A DNA stretch of 64,000 nucleotides from NCBI GenBank assembly GCA_041640595.1, contig JBEPZY010000002.1:178984-242983 (forward strand), given 5' to 3'. A model generated the notes under the pieces. That model was not told the origin of the DNA. It made no database searches and saw only the letters and a list, made by a program, of their open reading frames with translations. Positions 29,595-40,013 of the stretch are shown here, one piece after another. The position numbers were made by a program, and so were the translations under genes. Source of the stretch: Gemmatales bacterium (GTDB lineage: Bacteria > Planctomycetota > Planctomycetia > Gemmatales > HRBIN36). Each line of letters begins with the position of its first letter. Position 1 is the stretch's first letter.

Positions 29595-30887
29595 TTACCA
29601 GCCGGTGGGGAAGCGGCCGGGGTTAAAGAGATATTTCGGGTCGAAGGTCTCTTTGATGCGGCGTTGCAGAAAGGCATCGGCACTCGGTTGGCCCCAGACG
29701 AGTTCCGGCGTCTTCCATGCGCTGGGACAGCGGAGTAACACTACCCGTCCGGGCGACGGTGCGGATTCGGGCGACGCCTGGTAAAACCCCGCGGCCGTCG
29801 CACGCAATGCTTCCAGATGCCGCGCCAGCGTTGCCGGATCGGGCATTTCCGACCAGTGTCCGTACACCGTGCCGCTGGTGGCATGGGCCAGCAGGGCTGG
29901 TGGGCCCAGATGCTGAGCGGCTCGCAAGAGGGCGGCAACCTGGCTCGGCAATACCTGAGCGCGAAACGTCGCCTGAGCGGAGGGGAAAAGTAGAAAATCC
30001 GCCAGTTGCTGCCACAACGGCGATTCGGGATCGTCCCAGACGGCTAGCACGGCCACGCCAGGCAGATCGGCCAGTTCGCTTTGCCAGTGTTGCGTTTGCC
30101 AGCGAACCGTGGTGGTTTTTTCCTCAAAACCGACCAGCGCGAGATACGCCTGCGGTTCGGCCCAGGATCGCAGAAGTTCGAAATGGTCAGCGGCAGGAGC
30201 GTTGAGCACGGCCACGCCCACCGGTCGCGTGCGCGATTGCTGACATCGTTCCAGAAAACCCGCCAGCCCTTCCTGACCGACCCGGCAAAGCACCAGGGCC
30301 CGGCTTTCCGGTAAAGGGCGCACCTTGAACGTTACTTCGGTGATGATGCCCAGCGTACCGAGCGCCCCGATGTGGAGTTTGTGCAAATCGTAACCGGCAA
30401 CATTTTTTACCACCCGCCCGCCGGAACGCACCGCTTCGCCCTGGTCGTTGATCACGGTCATGCCGAGCACATAATCCCGCCAGGAACCATAACCAGCCTT
30501 TCGCCAGCCCGGCAGGTTACACGCCAGCGTTCCGCCTACGGTGGCCTGCTCCGCGAACGGTACATCGAGCGGCAACCATTGCCGATTCGCGCGCAACGTC
30601 CGTTGCAGTTCCGCCAGGGCGATTCCCGCCTGAACGGTGATGGTCATGTCAGCGGCGGGATAATCCAGCACACGGTTCAGCCCGCGCAAATCCACCGCCC
30701 GACCCGAACGAGTCGGCGGCAGGCCATACTGGAGCATCGTCCGGCCACCGACGGGAAAAACGGCTTCCCCGACCTGGGCGGCATGTTGCACCACTTCGGC
30801 CAGTTCGGTTGCCTGGCTCACGGCATGGACCGGAAATGGGCCCGCGTCATCCAGGAACAATTCCTCGTGGACCTGTGCCGACGACAT
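29595..30887 (-). CDS. glcE: FAD-binding oxidoreductase, GlcE-like
   Basis: GGRVVKNVAGYDLHKL, GTLGII, FDPKYLFNPGRF. Confidence 0.8.
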   Translation of the reverse strand: MSSAQVHEELFLDDAGPFPVHAVSQATELAEVVQHAAQVGEAVFPVGGRTMLQYGLPPTRSGRAVDLRGLNRVLDYPAADMTITVQAGIALAELQRTLRANRQWLPLDVPFAEQATVGGTLACNLPGWRKAGYGSWRDYVLGMTVINDQGEAVRSGGRVVKNVAGYDLHKLHIGALGTLGIITEVTFKVRPLPESRALVLCRVGQEGLAGFLERCQQSRTRPVGVAVLNAPAADHFELLRSWAEPQAYLALVGFEEKTTTVRWQTQHWQSELADLPGVAVLAVWDDPESPLWQQLADFLLFPSAQATFRAQVLPSQVAALLRAAQHLGPPALLAHATSGTVYGHWSEMPDPATLARHLEALRATAAGFYQASPESAPSPGRVVLLRCPSAWKTPELVWGQPSADAFLQRRIKETFDPKYLFNPGRFPTGW

Positions 30888-30986
30888 GTTCAGCTTCCTG
30901 GCTTGGTGTTAAATCGGCTGGGCGAGCGGGCGAGTATCAGGAGAGACAATGATTCCAGCCCGTTGGGTGTGCTCGGCGTGTTCGGT

Positions 30987-31874
30987 TCAGGTGGACGCTC
31001 GGGGAATCAGCCGGGCCGTGCATTGCCGAATCGCCAGCGGCAGGTAATCGGCAAAATCGCTGGCGATGAGACCGATTTCTCCTTTCGCTTCACGAGCCAG
31101 ATCGCCAGCGCGACCGTGAATAAAGACCGCCAGTTGAGCGGCGGTGAACGGTTCGAGGCGTTGCGCCAGCAGAGCCGCCAGGAGTCCCGTGAGCACATCG
31201 CCGCTTCCGCCCGTGGCCATACCGGGATTGCCGGTACTATTGCGATAAATCCGCTCGCCATCGGTCACAATCGTGCCGTGTCCTTTGAGCACGACGATTA
31301 CGCCATATTCGCGGGCAAACCGAGCCGCCAGTTCTTCCCGCTGCGTCTGCACCACGGCCGTGGAAACGCCCAGCAGACGGGCAAATTCTCCCGGATGCGG
31401 CGTCAGGATACGCACCGCCGATGTGCTTCGCAGCACCGAACTGCCGAGCTGGGCCAGATTGTTCAGCGCATCGGCATCCAGCACCAGCGGACGGGCAAGT
31501 TCGTTGAGCAGTCGCGCCAGCAGAAATTCCAGGGCTGCACTCTGACCGAGTCCCGGCCCGATAGCCACGACCGTGGCCAGGCTCGCCAGTTCGCGGATAT
31601 TGTCCAGCGCCCGCACGCTCAAGCGACCGGCATTATCCTGCGGCAGGGCTGCCGTCAGATAACACGGATTGGCCTGGGCGACGATCGGTTGCACCTCCTG
31701 CGGACTGGCCACCTGCACCAGTCCCGCACCACCACGTAACGCTCCCAGTCCGCATAATATCGCCGCTCCGCTCATCCCGCGACTGCCGGCGATCACCAGC
31801 ACCCGGCCGAATGTCCCCTTGTGGCTATCCGGCGGTCGCGGCGGCAGCAACGGCAACGTATCCACGATGGTCAT
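30987..31874 (-). CDS. nnrD: ADP-dependent NAD(P)H-hydrate dehydratase
   Basis: HKGTFG, IGPGLG, DADAL, LTPHPGE, VLKG, ATGGSGDVL. Confidence 0.92.
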   Translation of the reverse strand: MTIVDTLPLLPPRPPDSHKGTFGRVLVIAGSRGMSGAAILCGLGALRGGAGLVQVASPQEVQPIVAQANPCYLTAALPQDNAGRLSVRALDNIRELASLATVVAIGPGLGQSAALEFLLARLLNELARPLVLDADALNNLAQLGSSVLRSTSAVRILTPHPGEFARLLGVSTAVVQTQREELAARFAREYGVIVVLKGHGTIVTDGERIYRNSTGNPGMATGGSGDVLTGLLAALLAQRLEPFTAAQLAVFIHGRAGDLAREAKGEIGLIASDFADYLPLAIRQCTARLIPRAST

Positions 31875-32221
31875 ATTCGCTTGCGTGCCTCTGTCTTTGC
31901 AGGCCCTCGACGAGCATGAGCCGATCCACTGGCGATGGCCCGTTGCTTGCTTCAGGCCATTGTATTTATTGGCGGGAAAACCGTTCGCCCAGGCGGAACC
32001 GCAACCGCAAACGCATCATGGCGCGGAGGAGAGCAGGAATCCCGTTGAGAGAGGGCACTTGACCGACGTGGGGGCAAACACGAAGTCATCAGAGCGTGAC
32101 GGAAAAGCCCGACCAATTAGGAGCCGCAAACCGCAAAAACAGAGCCAGTGTAAAGCTGGAAATCACGACGCGGAGAAAATCCCCATGTCCTGCGGAGTTG
32201 CTTACACCGGCATTCACGCAC

Positions 32222-34387
32222 TTAGAAGCGGTCCAGGGAGTCGAGCCAGCGGACGATTTCCTCGAGCAGACGCGGATCGGGAATGTAACCGGTGCCGTGT
32301 TCCGGCAGTTCGCGGAAGATGCAGGGGTAATGTCGGCGTTGCAATTCCCGCGGCAGATTGCGGACAGTTTCGATGTTGGGGTCGCGTCCACCGGCAACGC
32401 AGAACACCGCCAGCGGTTGGCCAGGATCGTAGTCCGGAATGCGAGTGCCCAGCGAGCCGCCTACCAGCACCGCTCCCCGCACCAGTTCGCGGGCGTCGAG
32501 GGCCAGATAAAGCGCGAAGCTGGCACCGTTACCCAGACCGTGTGCCACCACGCGGTGCGGGTCGAGACGGTATTGCTGGGCCAGTTGTCGAACGTCCTGC
32601 ACGATCGCATCGCTGTCACTGGCCAGCCAGCCGCCTGGGTTGACCGCCTTCGGTGCATACAGTATCCAGTGATGCGATTTGCAGATCGGCTCCCAGACTT
32701 TGCGGATGGTTTCCTCCATGGTGTCGCCGGTGGGGTGCAGCCAGATGAGCAGCCCGTGGGCGACGTTCGGCGTATAAGAGTCCGGAACGTAGAGCCAGGA
32801 TTCCCGACCACTGGCCGCATCGCGTTGTCGGAACAGACCGGGTTTGCCCGGCGGCTCGGGTAATGGTTTGGCACCTTTCGGCAACTCGAAGAACGGAGGT
32901 TTCCCGGCCAGGATATTCTTGGTGTAGAGCAGACGCGGTGCCAACCCCTGTTTGCTGCTGGCTGGAGGAAGTTGCTCGGGAACATCGCTGCTGAATTCGC
33001 CAAGTTTGAGCGTAACCGGCAGCAATTGTGGCTCGGCTTTCTGCGTTTCGCGGATGATTACGAGCTGCACTTCCGAGCCGGGGCGAAAACCGGCCAGCAG
33101 ATTCCGCAACTGACCGTAATCGCGCAAATACGTCCCATCCAGCCGCACGAGGTGATCACCGGGACGCAGACCGGCAGCCTCGGCGGGACTTTTCGGGAAC
33201 ACGTAACGAATCACCACGCCGGGACGCGGATCGTCGCGGAGCGGCAAAAGCCCGGCAAATGCGGGTCGCGGTGATTCTTGCGGTGTGGTGAGCGGAATTT
33301 TGGGAAATTCCAGCACCTTGTCGCCGCGACGAACCTTCAAGCTCACGGTGTCGAAATCGTACTTCGGGCCGAGCACATGCCGCAGTTGTAGTTGCCAGCG
33401 AACCGGCTGGCCATCCGCCTCGATGATCACATCGCCGGGCTGCAAACCGGCTCGCGCTGCCGCACTGCCAGGGAGTATGCGACCGATGCGGCATTCGCCG
33501 AACATACCGCCCTGAACGCCTGGTTTCGTCGGATCCAGACCGATCACGGGCGGCGGCTGTTCAAAGACGACGCCCAGCTGACCGGGACGCAGATTCTCTC
33601 CCTTTTGCAGACGCGGCAGGACACGATAAATGTCTTCCAGGGGAACGGCGAAGCCGATGCCGGAATCGTACCACTCCACGCCGGCCAGTTCGCTATCGCC
33701 GCGGGGCGACATCGGCACTAAAACGCCCATGACCCGCCCGCGAATATCAATCAGCGGGCCGCCATAGTTGACCGGCGAAACCTTGGCATCGGTCTGAATT
33801 GCCTTGCCCCAGATGCGGTTGAGGGCACTGACAATGCCGACGCTGACCGACGGCGGTGCGTTCGGGTCTTCCGAGAAGGTTCGCCCCAGTGCCAGCGCCC
33901 ACTGCCCCACACGGATTTCTTTGACCGGAACGAACGTCGGCACGGGCAGACCAGTTGCTTCCACTTTCAACAGTGTCAGCATCCGCGTTTCATCGCGGGC
34001 CACGATCCGGCCAGGGAGCGGTTCACCCCGACCAGGAATGCGCACCAGAATGGTCGGCTGGATTTCCGCCGGAATGTGTGCGAAATTGAACGAACTGGTG
34101 ATGATGTACCCGTCCGAAGTCAGGATCAGGCCGGTGGTTGGTCCCTGACCGCGAAGCAGAAAGCTACCGGTTATCGGCTTGGCCCCAGGTTTGCCGCCTG
34201 GTTTACCCGCTACGGGAATCGTCTCCAGACCGAGGTTGGTAACGATTTGCACTACGCTGGGAGCGACGCGGTGGACCGCTTCGCGGGTGGCTTGTTCCCA
34301 GGCTTCATCGAGTTGCGTCGGCTGAGCCAGTACCAGGCCGAACACGCTCAAGGCTGTCGTCAAAAGCGCAGCTAGTATCACACGCAT
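32222..34387 (-). CDS. Exported HtrA-like protein (inactive trypsin domain, two PDZ domains, alpha/beta-hydrolase-like C-terminus)
   Basis: VSVGIVSA, IQTDAKVSPVNYGGP; two 'SAAA/SPAE-AGL-PGD' PDZ motifs; C-terminal LLIWLH...HGLGNGA. Confidence 0.8.
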   Translation of the reverse strand: MRVILAALLTTALSVFGLVLAQPTQLDEAWEQATREAVHRVAPSVVQIVTNLGLETIPVAGKPGGKPGAKPITGSFLLRGQGPTTGLILTSDGYIITSSFNFAHIPAEIQPTILVRIPGRGEPLPGRIVARDETRMLTLLKVEATGLPVPTFVPVKEIRVGQWALALGRTFSEDPNAPPSVSVGIVSALNRIWGKAIQTDAKVSPVNYGGPLIDIRGRVMGVLVPMSPRGDSELAGVEWYDSGIGFAVPLEDIYRVLPRLQKGENLRPGQLGVVFEQPPPVIGLDPTKPGVQGGMFGECRIGRILPGSAAARAGLQPGDVIIEADGQPVRWQLQLRHVLGPKYDFDTVSLKVRRGDKVLEFPKIPLTTPQESPRPAFAGLLPLRDDPRPGVVIRYVFPKSPAEAAGLRPGDHLVRLDGTYLRDYGQLRNLLAGFRPGSEVQLVIIRETQKAEPQLLPVTLKLGEFSSDVPEQLPPASSKQGLAPRLLYTKNILAGKPPFFELPKGAKPLPEPPGKPGLFRQRDAASGRESWLYVPDSYTPNVAHGLLIWLHPTGDTMEETIRKVWEPICKSHHWILYAPKAVNPGGWLASDSDAIVQDVRQLAQQYRLDPHRVVAHGLGNGASFALYLALDARELVRGAVLVGGSLGTRIPDYDPGQPLAVFCVAGGRDPNIETVRNLPRELQRRHYPCIFRELPEHGTGYIPDPRLLEEIVRWLDSLDRF

Positions 34388-34437
34388 GGGGATTGCACCA
34401 GAAAAAGCCCGGACCGAACGCCTGCGGAAAGCCAATG

Positions 34438-35610
34438 TCAGTCGCTTTTGGCAGCTTTTTCACCCGCCGGCTTTTTCGGCCGGAAATCGCTTCGTCGCTC
34501 TACTTCCAGTTCCATCCGCAGTAATTGCTGTTGTCGGCGGACGACCACCTGCACTTTCGCTCCGGGTTCGACCGGCAGGATCAGGTCGTGCCACTGCTTG
34601 ACGCTCTGGACGACGTGTTCCTCATAGGTACCACTACCGTCGCGTGCGGGAATGCGTACCAGGACAATGAGATCGTCCGGTCGCAGTCCCGCTTTCTCTG
34701 CCGGCGAGCCAGGGAGCACTTCGTCAATGTACGGCGGAGTACGTTCCAGCAGGTTGGGTACCAGCACGATGCCCGTGTAACCACCGCGATCTTCCACGAT
34801 AGGCTTCTTGCGTTCCAGCGGTTTGTAATTGCCGCTTCGCGCTTGCTTGACGAAATCGCGGAGACCTTCGATGGGAATGGCGTAGTTGACCCAGGTCTCG
34901 GTGAGAGTGTTGCGGACTTCTTTGCCGATCAGCCCGATCAGTTCGCCGCGACGTGTCACCACTGCCCCGCCGTGGGAACCGGGATTATTGGTAATGCCAT
35001 CCAGGATGTACACCGTGCCCTGGTACGGCAATTCGTGAATGCCACGCCGGGCGGACAGATTCGTGATGGCGGCAACGACGCTGCGTTGCACCGAAAGCGG
35101 TTCCTCACGCGTGGCGATCTGGAAACAGTTGCTGAAGGCCAGCACCCAATCGCCAACCTGCACTTTCGGCGTGGGCCTATCCAGGTCGAAATACGCCAGC
35201 GGCAGGTCGCGGAATTTTTTCTCGCCGTCGCGGATTTTCAATAGCGCAGCATCCAGGACCGGTTCGGCTGCCAGCAAATCGCATTCATGCCGCGTGCCAT
35301 CGTACAGATGCACGCGCAGGTTTTCCGTATCCAGCGTCGGGGAATAAACCGTCAGGATCAGGCCGTCCGGCGACACCAGCACACCGCTGCAATAATCAGT
35401 CACGCCGATATAACCGCCGGCTCCGTAAATTTTGACCAGTTTCGGCTGCACTTCCTGCACCAGTCGGGCGAACGAACCCCGGTCGGGCGTGATTTGGCCG
35501 TCGCACACCAGCGCCAAAACCACCCAGACCGCAAGGGCCAGCGTCAGTGCCGGCCAATTTCCACGCAGGTCGCGGTTACTTTTTCCCAGGTAAAGACAGG
35601 TTCGGCTCAC
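34438..35610 (-). CDS. HtrA-like protein (degenerate trypsin domain plus PDZ)
   Basis: CSGVLVSPDG, TNNPGSHGGA, VLPGSPAEKAGLRPDD. Confidence 0.8.
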   Translation of the reverse strand: MSRTCLYLGKSNRDLRGNWPALTLALAVWVVLALVCDGQITPDRGSFARLVQEVQPKLVKIYGAGGYIGVTDYCSGVLVSPDGLILTVYSPTLDTENLRVHLYDGTRHECDLLAAEPVLDAALLKIRDGEKKFRDLPLAYFDLDRPTPKVQVGDWVLAFSNCFQIATREEPLSVQRSVVAAITNLSARRGIHELPYQGTVYILDGITNNPGSHGGAVVTRRGELIGLIGKEVRNTLTETWVNYAIPIEGLRDFVKQARSGNYKPLERKKPIVEDRGGYTGIVLVPNLLERTPPYIDEVLPGSPAEKAGLRPDDLIVLVRIPARDGSGTYEEHVVQSVKQWHDLILPVEPGAKVQVVVRRQQQLLRMELEVERRSDFRPKKPAGEKAAKSD

Positions 35611-37520
35611 GGCATCTCCTGCTCACACTGCTGCACGTGCAGAGTAGCCCAGCGGCGATCGCCGAAACGCACCTCGATCCGTGCCGGCACCCCAGGTTTC
35701 GGTCCCATTTCCGGCGAGAAAATCAGTTCGCACGGATCGGCGTCTTCCTCGACATAGCATTCCAGTCCGCAAAGGCGTTTGTGGTGCGGCTGGCAGAAAA
35801 TTTTGATCTCGAACGGGCCGCTCTTGCCGTGCAGCACTTCGGTCATAATGCGGGATTGGCTTGTCCCATCGGGATAAAACGGTTCATAGCCGCCATAGAC
35901 CAGGCCATGCTCGAAACCTTTTTCCTGCTCGGCCAGAAAAGTCCGCAGATAATGCAGGGCCACCAGCAATCCACCGCTCCCGGCAGGTTGACGCAGATTG
36001 GCGACCGCTTCGCCGACCCGCAGCGGTTCCACTTCATATTGCAACGGCCCCAGACTCAAACGCACCGTGCGACCGTCCAGCCGGACCGTGAACGCGTGCC
36101 GCACCGGTTTGCCCGTGGTTTCATCGTAAAGTTCCGCCTCGCCTTTCCACACCCAGACCTGGCCCTTGTCGAGATCGTTCGGGCGTGGCAACGCTGAAAC
36201 TACCCGCTTCCGCTCCTGTTCGTTGAAATAGTAATTGCCGAATCCGGGCCGGGCGACGTAGTATTTCGCACCTTCTCCCTCCGGTTTGACCGGTCGGCCT
36301 GGCAGTTGGGGCTTGGCTGGCTTTTTCTCCGGCGGTTTCGGTTCACGTGGGGCCCGTGGTTTCTCCTCGTCTTCTTCCTTCTCGCTCACCTCGCGGGGAA
36401 TGAGGCCCATCAGGCGAACCAGGATTTCCCGCCGCACAGTGCGATTTTGCTCCTGATCGAATCGCTCATACAGCACCGGAATCCGCCAGCCCTTCGGAAA
36501 GATGCCAAGCACATTCTTGAATTGATTGGCGTTGCCGATGGGTCGGCCGTTCAGTGCCAGAATAACGTCGCCGGCACGCAAACCCCGACGGTAGGCGTCG
36601 GAGCGTTCCAGGATATCGAAAACCACGGCTCGCCCCTGCTCATCGGTACGTGCCGCCGCTCCCAGCGTGGCATGATCCACCACTAACCCACCCCGCAAAT
36701 GGCCGAGGAAGTTTTTGATCTGATTGATGGAGATGGCGTAACCGACACCGCTATTGACCCGACCACGTTTCTCGATGGAGACACGACCATTGATGCCGAT
36801 CACCTCGCCCCGCAAATTGAACAGTGGCCCACCGCTGTTGCCAGGATTGATCGAGGTATCTATCTGGATGCAATCTGTGTATTCGAGGATGGTTCCTTCC
36901 GGGTACTGGTAGCGGTGTATGCCGGAAACCAGCCCGAAGGTGATCGTCGGGCGGAAATCGGTCGCCAGCAAAAACGGATTGCCGGCGGCAATGGACCAAT
37001 CCCCGGCCCGAACCGTGTCGCTATCTCCCAGCGGTGCGTAAGGGAATTTGTGGTCGGGTTTGGGCGGGATCAGTTTGATAAGTGCCACGTCACCCACCGG
37101 ATCGAGACCGACCACGACCGCATCGTAGAGTTGACCATCGGACAAACCACAACGCGGTGTCGGGCCGGTTGGTTGTACCACGTGAAAATTGGTCAGTGCG
37201 TATCCCTGCTCGTCAATGAGCACACCGGAACCGCCGCCGCGACCGTTACGGTCAAAAACCGCGACCACGCTGGGCGTCAGCTTTTCGATCACGGCCAGAC
37301 GTTCGTTTTCTTCTTGCAGCACCAGCGGGTCAACCGCCCAGCCGAGAATCGCAGACCAGCCGAGAAAAACAAAGATGCTGCACGACACGTATCCCAGCAC
37401 ACGCCGGGCGGACGGCCGAAACGATTTCACCCGATCGATTGCACGGATGCTGGCCCGACCGGATAACCCAGCCGACTCGATTACCACGCCCAAGCCAGGC
37501 AGTGTCGCATGTTGTCGCAT
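35607..37520 (-). CDS. HtrA/DegP-like serine protease with PDZ and C-terminal extension
   Basis: Intact triad motifs TNFHVV, DVA, INPGNSGGP; start uncertain. Confidence 0.88.
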   Translation of the reverse strand: MRQHATLPGLGVVIESAGLSGRASIRAIDRVKSFRPSARRVLGYVSCSIFVFLGWSAILGWAVDPLVLQEENERLAVIEKLTPSVVAVFDRNGRGGGSGVLIDEQGYALTNFHVVQPTGPTPRCGLSDGQLYDAVVVGLDPVGDVALIKLIPPKPDHKFPYAPLGDSDTVRAGDWSIAAGNPFLLATDFRPTITFGLVSGIHRYQYPEGTILEYTDCIQIDTSINPGNSGGPLFNLRGEVIGINGRVSIEKRGRVNSGVGYAISINQIKNFLGHLRGGLVVDHATLGAAARTDEQGRAVVFDILERSDAYRRGLRAGDVILALNGRPIGNANQFKNVLGIFPKGWRIPVLYERFDQEQNRTVRREILVRLMGLIPREVSEKEEDEEKPRAPREPKPPEKKPAKPQLPGRPVKPEGEGAKYYVARPGFGNYYFNEQERKRVVSALPRPNDLDKGQVWVWKGEAELYDETTGKPVRHAFTVRLDGRTVRLSLGPLQYEVEPLRVGEAVANLRQPAGSGGLLVALHYLRTFLAEQEKGFEHGLVYGGYEPFYPDGTSQSRIMTEVLHGKSGPFEIKIFCQPHHKRLCGLECYVEEDADPCELIFSPEMGPKPGVPARIEVRFGDRRWATLHVQQCEQEMP

Positions 37521-37698
37521 GGCTGCTTCGCCTTCTTGGTTACCGGTCAAAATGTTTGCCCTTGCTGGAAAAGTGCAGGCCTTTTTGTGTACCTGACCGT
37601 GCAGCGTCACAGAAAAAGCTGCAACGCCTGGATGCACTGGATTTCGCAGGTCGGACACAAGCTCACCGACCGATGGGAAGCATTGGTAGCGGGTGCCG

Positions 37699-38952
37699 TT
37701 ATTTGAGCAGGCGGGCCTCGGCAAAAGCGACATGGTCGCCCAGATCGAGGTCGTCGCCGTAATCCACCACCAGACGGAGCCGCTCGACGTTTTCCAGATT
37801 CAATCGCACTTCCCGCGGTTTGTCGCCGGTGCGAATGGTGGCGTGGAATAATTCGCGTCCATCTCCTTCGATGCGTACCACCGCCTGTGCCGACACGTTG
37901 ACACTGTCTTCCATGCCGAGCACACAGCGAAACTCACGATAGCCGGTCACTTCGTATTCCAGCACAGTGCGGGAATGCACGGTGATTCCTTTGCTGTACA
38001 TTTTCTGGCCAAGCGAGATCGGCCCACCGGACAGGTTGCGGTCGCGGCGAAACCGCCAGACATCGGCCAGTAAGGGTTTTTCCTCGACCCGCAGCGGTTC
38101 GAGATCGGAAAGATAGACAAGCCGGCCCTGGCTGAAATCTACGCTGGCCAGCTGGTCGAAGGGGAGTTCTGCGGTCAGCCCGTCGCCGGTTCGAAACCGC
38201 AAACGATTCGCCTCCCAGGTGATTTCCGCAGCCAGCCAGGTATTGCCGAATCGGTCCTGCACACGCACACCATCACTGGAGCCTGTACGTTCACGCTGAG
38301 CCAGCACCAGACCCCTCAACCGGGCCATGTCAATGGGCACAACATCGTCTTCGAGGCGAAAATTGAGGCGGGCACCCTGCTCATCGCCCCCCAGCACCAC
38401 GCCCAGGAACGTGTTGATGGCTTGCCCATCGCGGCTGAGCAGAAGAACAACGTCCTGGGCGTGTTTTTTGGCCAGGGCCTGCTGCAATTCCTCGCGGGCT
38501 TTCCCGTCCTGAGCTGTTACCAGCAGCCAGTGCAGACGGTTGAGCGGAACGGAAACCGCCTGGCCGTTGAATAGCTGGCATTCCACCTGCTTCTGCTTCA
38601 GCGAAAATTTCTGTGCCAGCAACGTGGTGCCGTCAAGCAGGCGCAATTCGGTTCGCGGAGCATCGGCAGCGACTGGTGTTTTGCTGCCGCTGGCCGGAAA
38701 GGTTATGCCCAGCAATTCGTTGAGCGCTTTGGTGATGCGGTCTTTGCCCGTCTGGAAGACGGCCTCTTTTTCGTTGACGGAGACGAGCTGGCCTCGCAGC
38801 GTTTCGCCGCTGAGCAAACGTGCTTCGACCTGGACAGCGCTGGCTGTCTGCGCTGAGCTATTGCATGCGTGCACCAGCAAGCTGACAGCTACGGCCAGCC
38901 ATCCCGCCAATGCGAAAGGCACCAGGGGCAAGTGCGGACTCGGTTTCATCAT
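37699..38952 (-). CDS. Exported protein with C-terminal NPCBM/NEW2 domain
   Basis: YLSDL, RDRNLSGGPISL, KGITVHS, RLVVDYGD, FAEARL. Confidence 0.8.
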   Translation of the reverse strand: MMKPSPHLPLVPFALAGWLAVAVSLLVHACNSSAQTASAVQVEARLLSGETLRGQLVSVNEKEAVFQTGKDRITKALNELLGITFPASGSKTPVAADAPRTELRLLDGTTLLAQKFSLKQKQVECQLFNGQAVSVPLNRLHWLLVTAQDGKAREELQQALAKKHAQDVVLLLSRDGQAINTFLGVVLGGDEQGARLNFRLEDDVVPIDMARLRGLVLAQRERTGSSDGVRVQDRFGNTWLAAEITWEANRLRFRTGDGLTAELPFDQLASVDFSQGRLVYLSDLEPLRVEEKPLLADVWRFRRDRNLSGGPISLGQKMYSKGITVHSRTVLEYEVTGYREFRCVLGMEDSVNVSAQAVVRIEGDGRELFHATIRTGDKPREVRLNLENVERLRLVVDYGDDLDLGDHVAFAEARLLK

Positions 38953-40013
38953 CGGGATTCGCTGCTTCTGGCGATTTGTTGCAGGTAGGCTTCGATGGCT
39001 TCGGCGACGTGCGGGGGATATTCGCGGCGGATGGCTTCGAGAACCTTCACCCGCTCCTTTTCCGGCAACTTGCCCCAGAGATCGGGTCGCTTCACGAGTT
39101 CCTTCATGTCCACCTTACCTTCGCCCCGCCCGCCTAAGATCGCGCTATCCCCAGCCGGGCTGGATGGCTTCAACGCTCCCGGACCAGTTCCTCGGCTACC
39201 CCCGGCCTGCCCGCCACCACCACCGCCACCGCTTCCTTGCTGGAGCTGGTCTTCGAGGTCTTTCACCATTTTGGCGAGCAAATCGAGGATTTCCTTTTGT
39301 TTCTCCTGCGTTTTCGGGCCACCCCGAGCGTTATCAAGGCGACCAGCGATTTCCTCCATGCGGCGAGCGACGTAGTCGAGGTTCTTCTGACCGTTCCAGC
39401 CTTCGAGATCGTATTTCAGAAGCGCAGCCAGAACGAAGTACCGTTCCGGCACCTGGTCGCGTTCCTGCAACAATCGGTCGGCACTGCGTAACGTCTCCGT
39501 GCGATGCAGGGTCTTGTGTTCGGCTATGCAGCGGAAAAAGTAATAAGCAGCCGGGTCAGCGGTGTGTTCGGGCTGAATAGCTCGCAGCACCTCGAGAGCC
39601 TCTTCGTAAGCCTTGCGCAGACACAGCAAGCGTGCATAAGCCAGAGCCAGATTGGCCCGGAAAAACGCAGGCTGAGCCTGGCGCAACACGGCAGGCACTT
39701 CGGTCGGCACTACCGCTTGCGGATCGTTCGCCTGGGCCAGCAGCTTCCGGGCATCGGCACTGGCCAGGGCGAAGATGTCGGCCAGCCGGACCAGCACCGG
39801 ACGGTTTTCCTGGGCCCAGATCTTCTCCGCTTGCTGCAACGTCTGCTCATCGGCGCGGACATGCTCTTTGAGCCATGCGAACAGCTCCGCCCGCACCTGG
39901 TCGGCTGGTGGAGCCTTGATTCGCTCGAACGAGGCCTGCTGAGCGCAGATCAGGCCGCACATCACCCCCAGGCAAACCGCCACGACGCCGTTTCTCATCA
40001 AGACTCGCATCAT
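38949..40013 (-). CDS. Exported helical/TPR-like hypothetical protein
   Basis: Signal peptide, helical repeats, Gly-rich linker, WGKLPEKER...YPP...IEAY C-terminus. Confidence 0.7.
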   Translation of the reverse strand: MMRVLMRNGVVAVCLGVMCGLICAQQASFERIKAPPADQVRAELFAWLKEHVRADEQTLQQAEKIWAQENRPVLVRLADIFALASADARKLLAQANDPQAVVPTEVPAVLRQAQPAFFRANLALAYARLLCLRKAYEEALEVLRAIQPEHTADPAAYYFFRCIAEHKTLHRTETLRSADRLLQERDQVPERYFVLAALLKYDLEGWNGQKNLDYVARRMEEIAGRLDNARGGPKTQEKQKEILDLLAKMVKDLEDQLQQGSGGGGGGGQAGGSRGTGPGALKPSSPAGDSAILGGRGEGKVDMKELVKRPDLWGKLPEKERVKVLEAIRREYPPHVAEAIEAYLQQIARSSESR

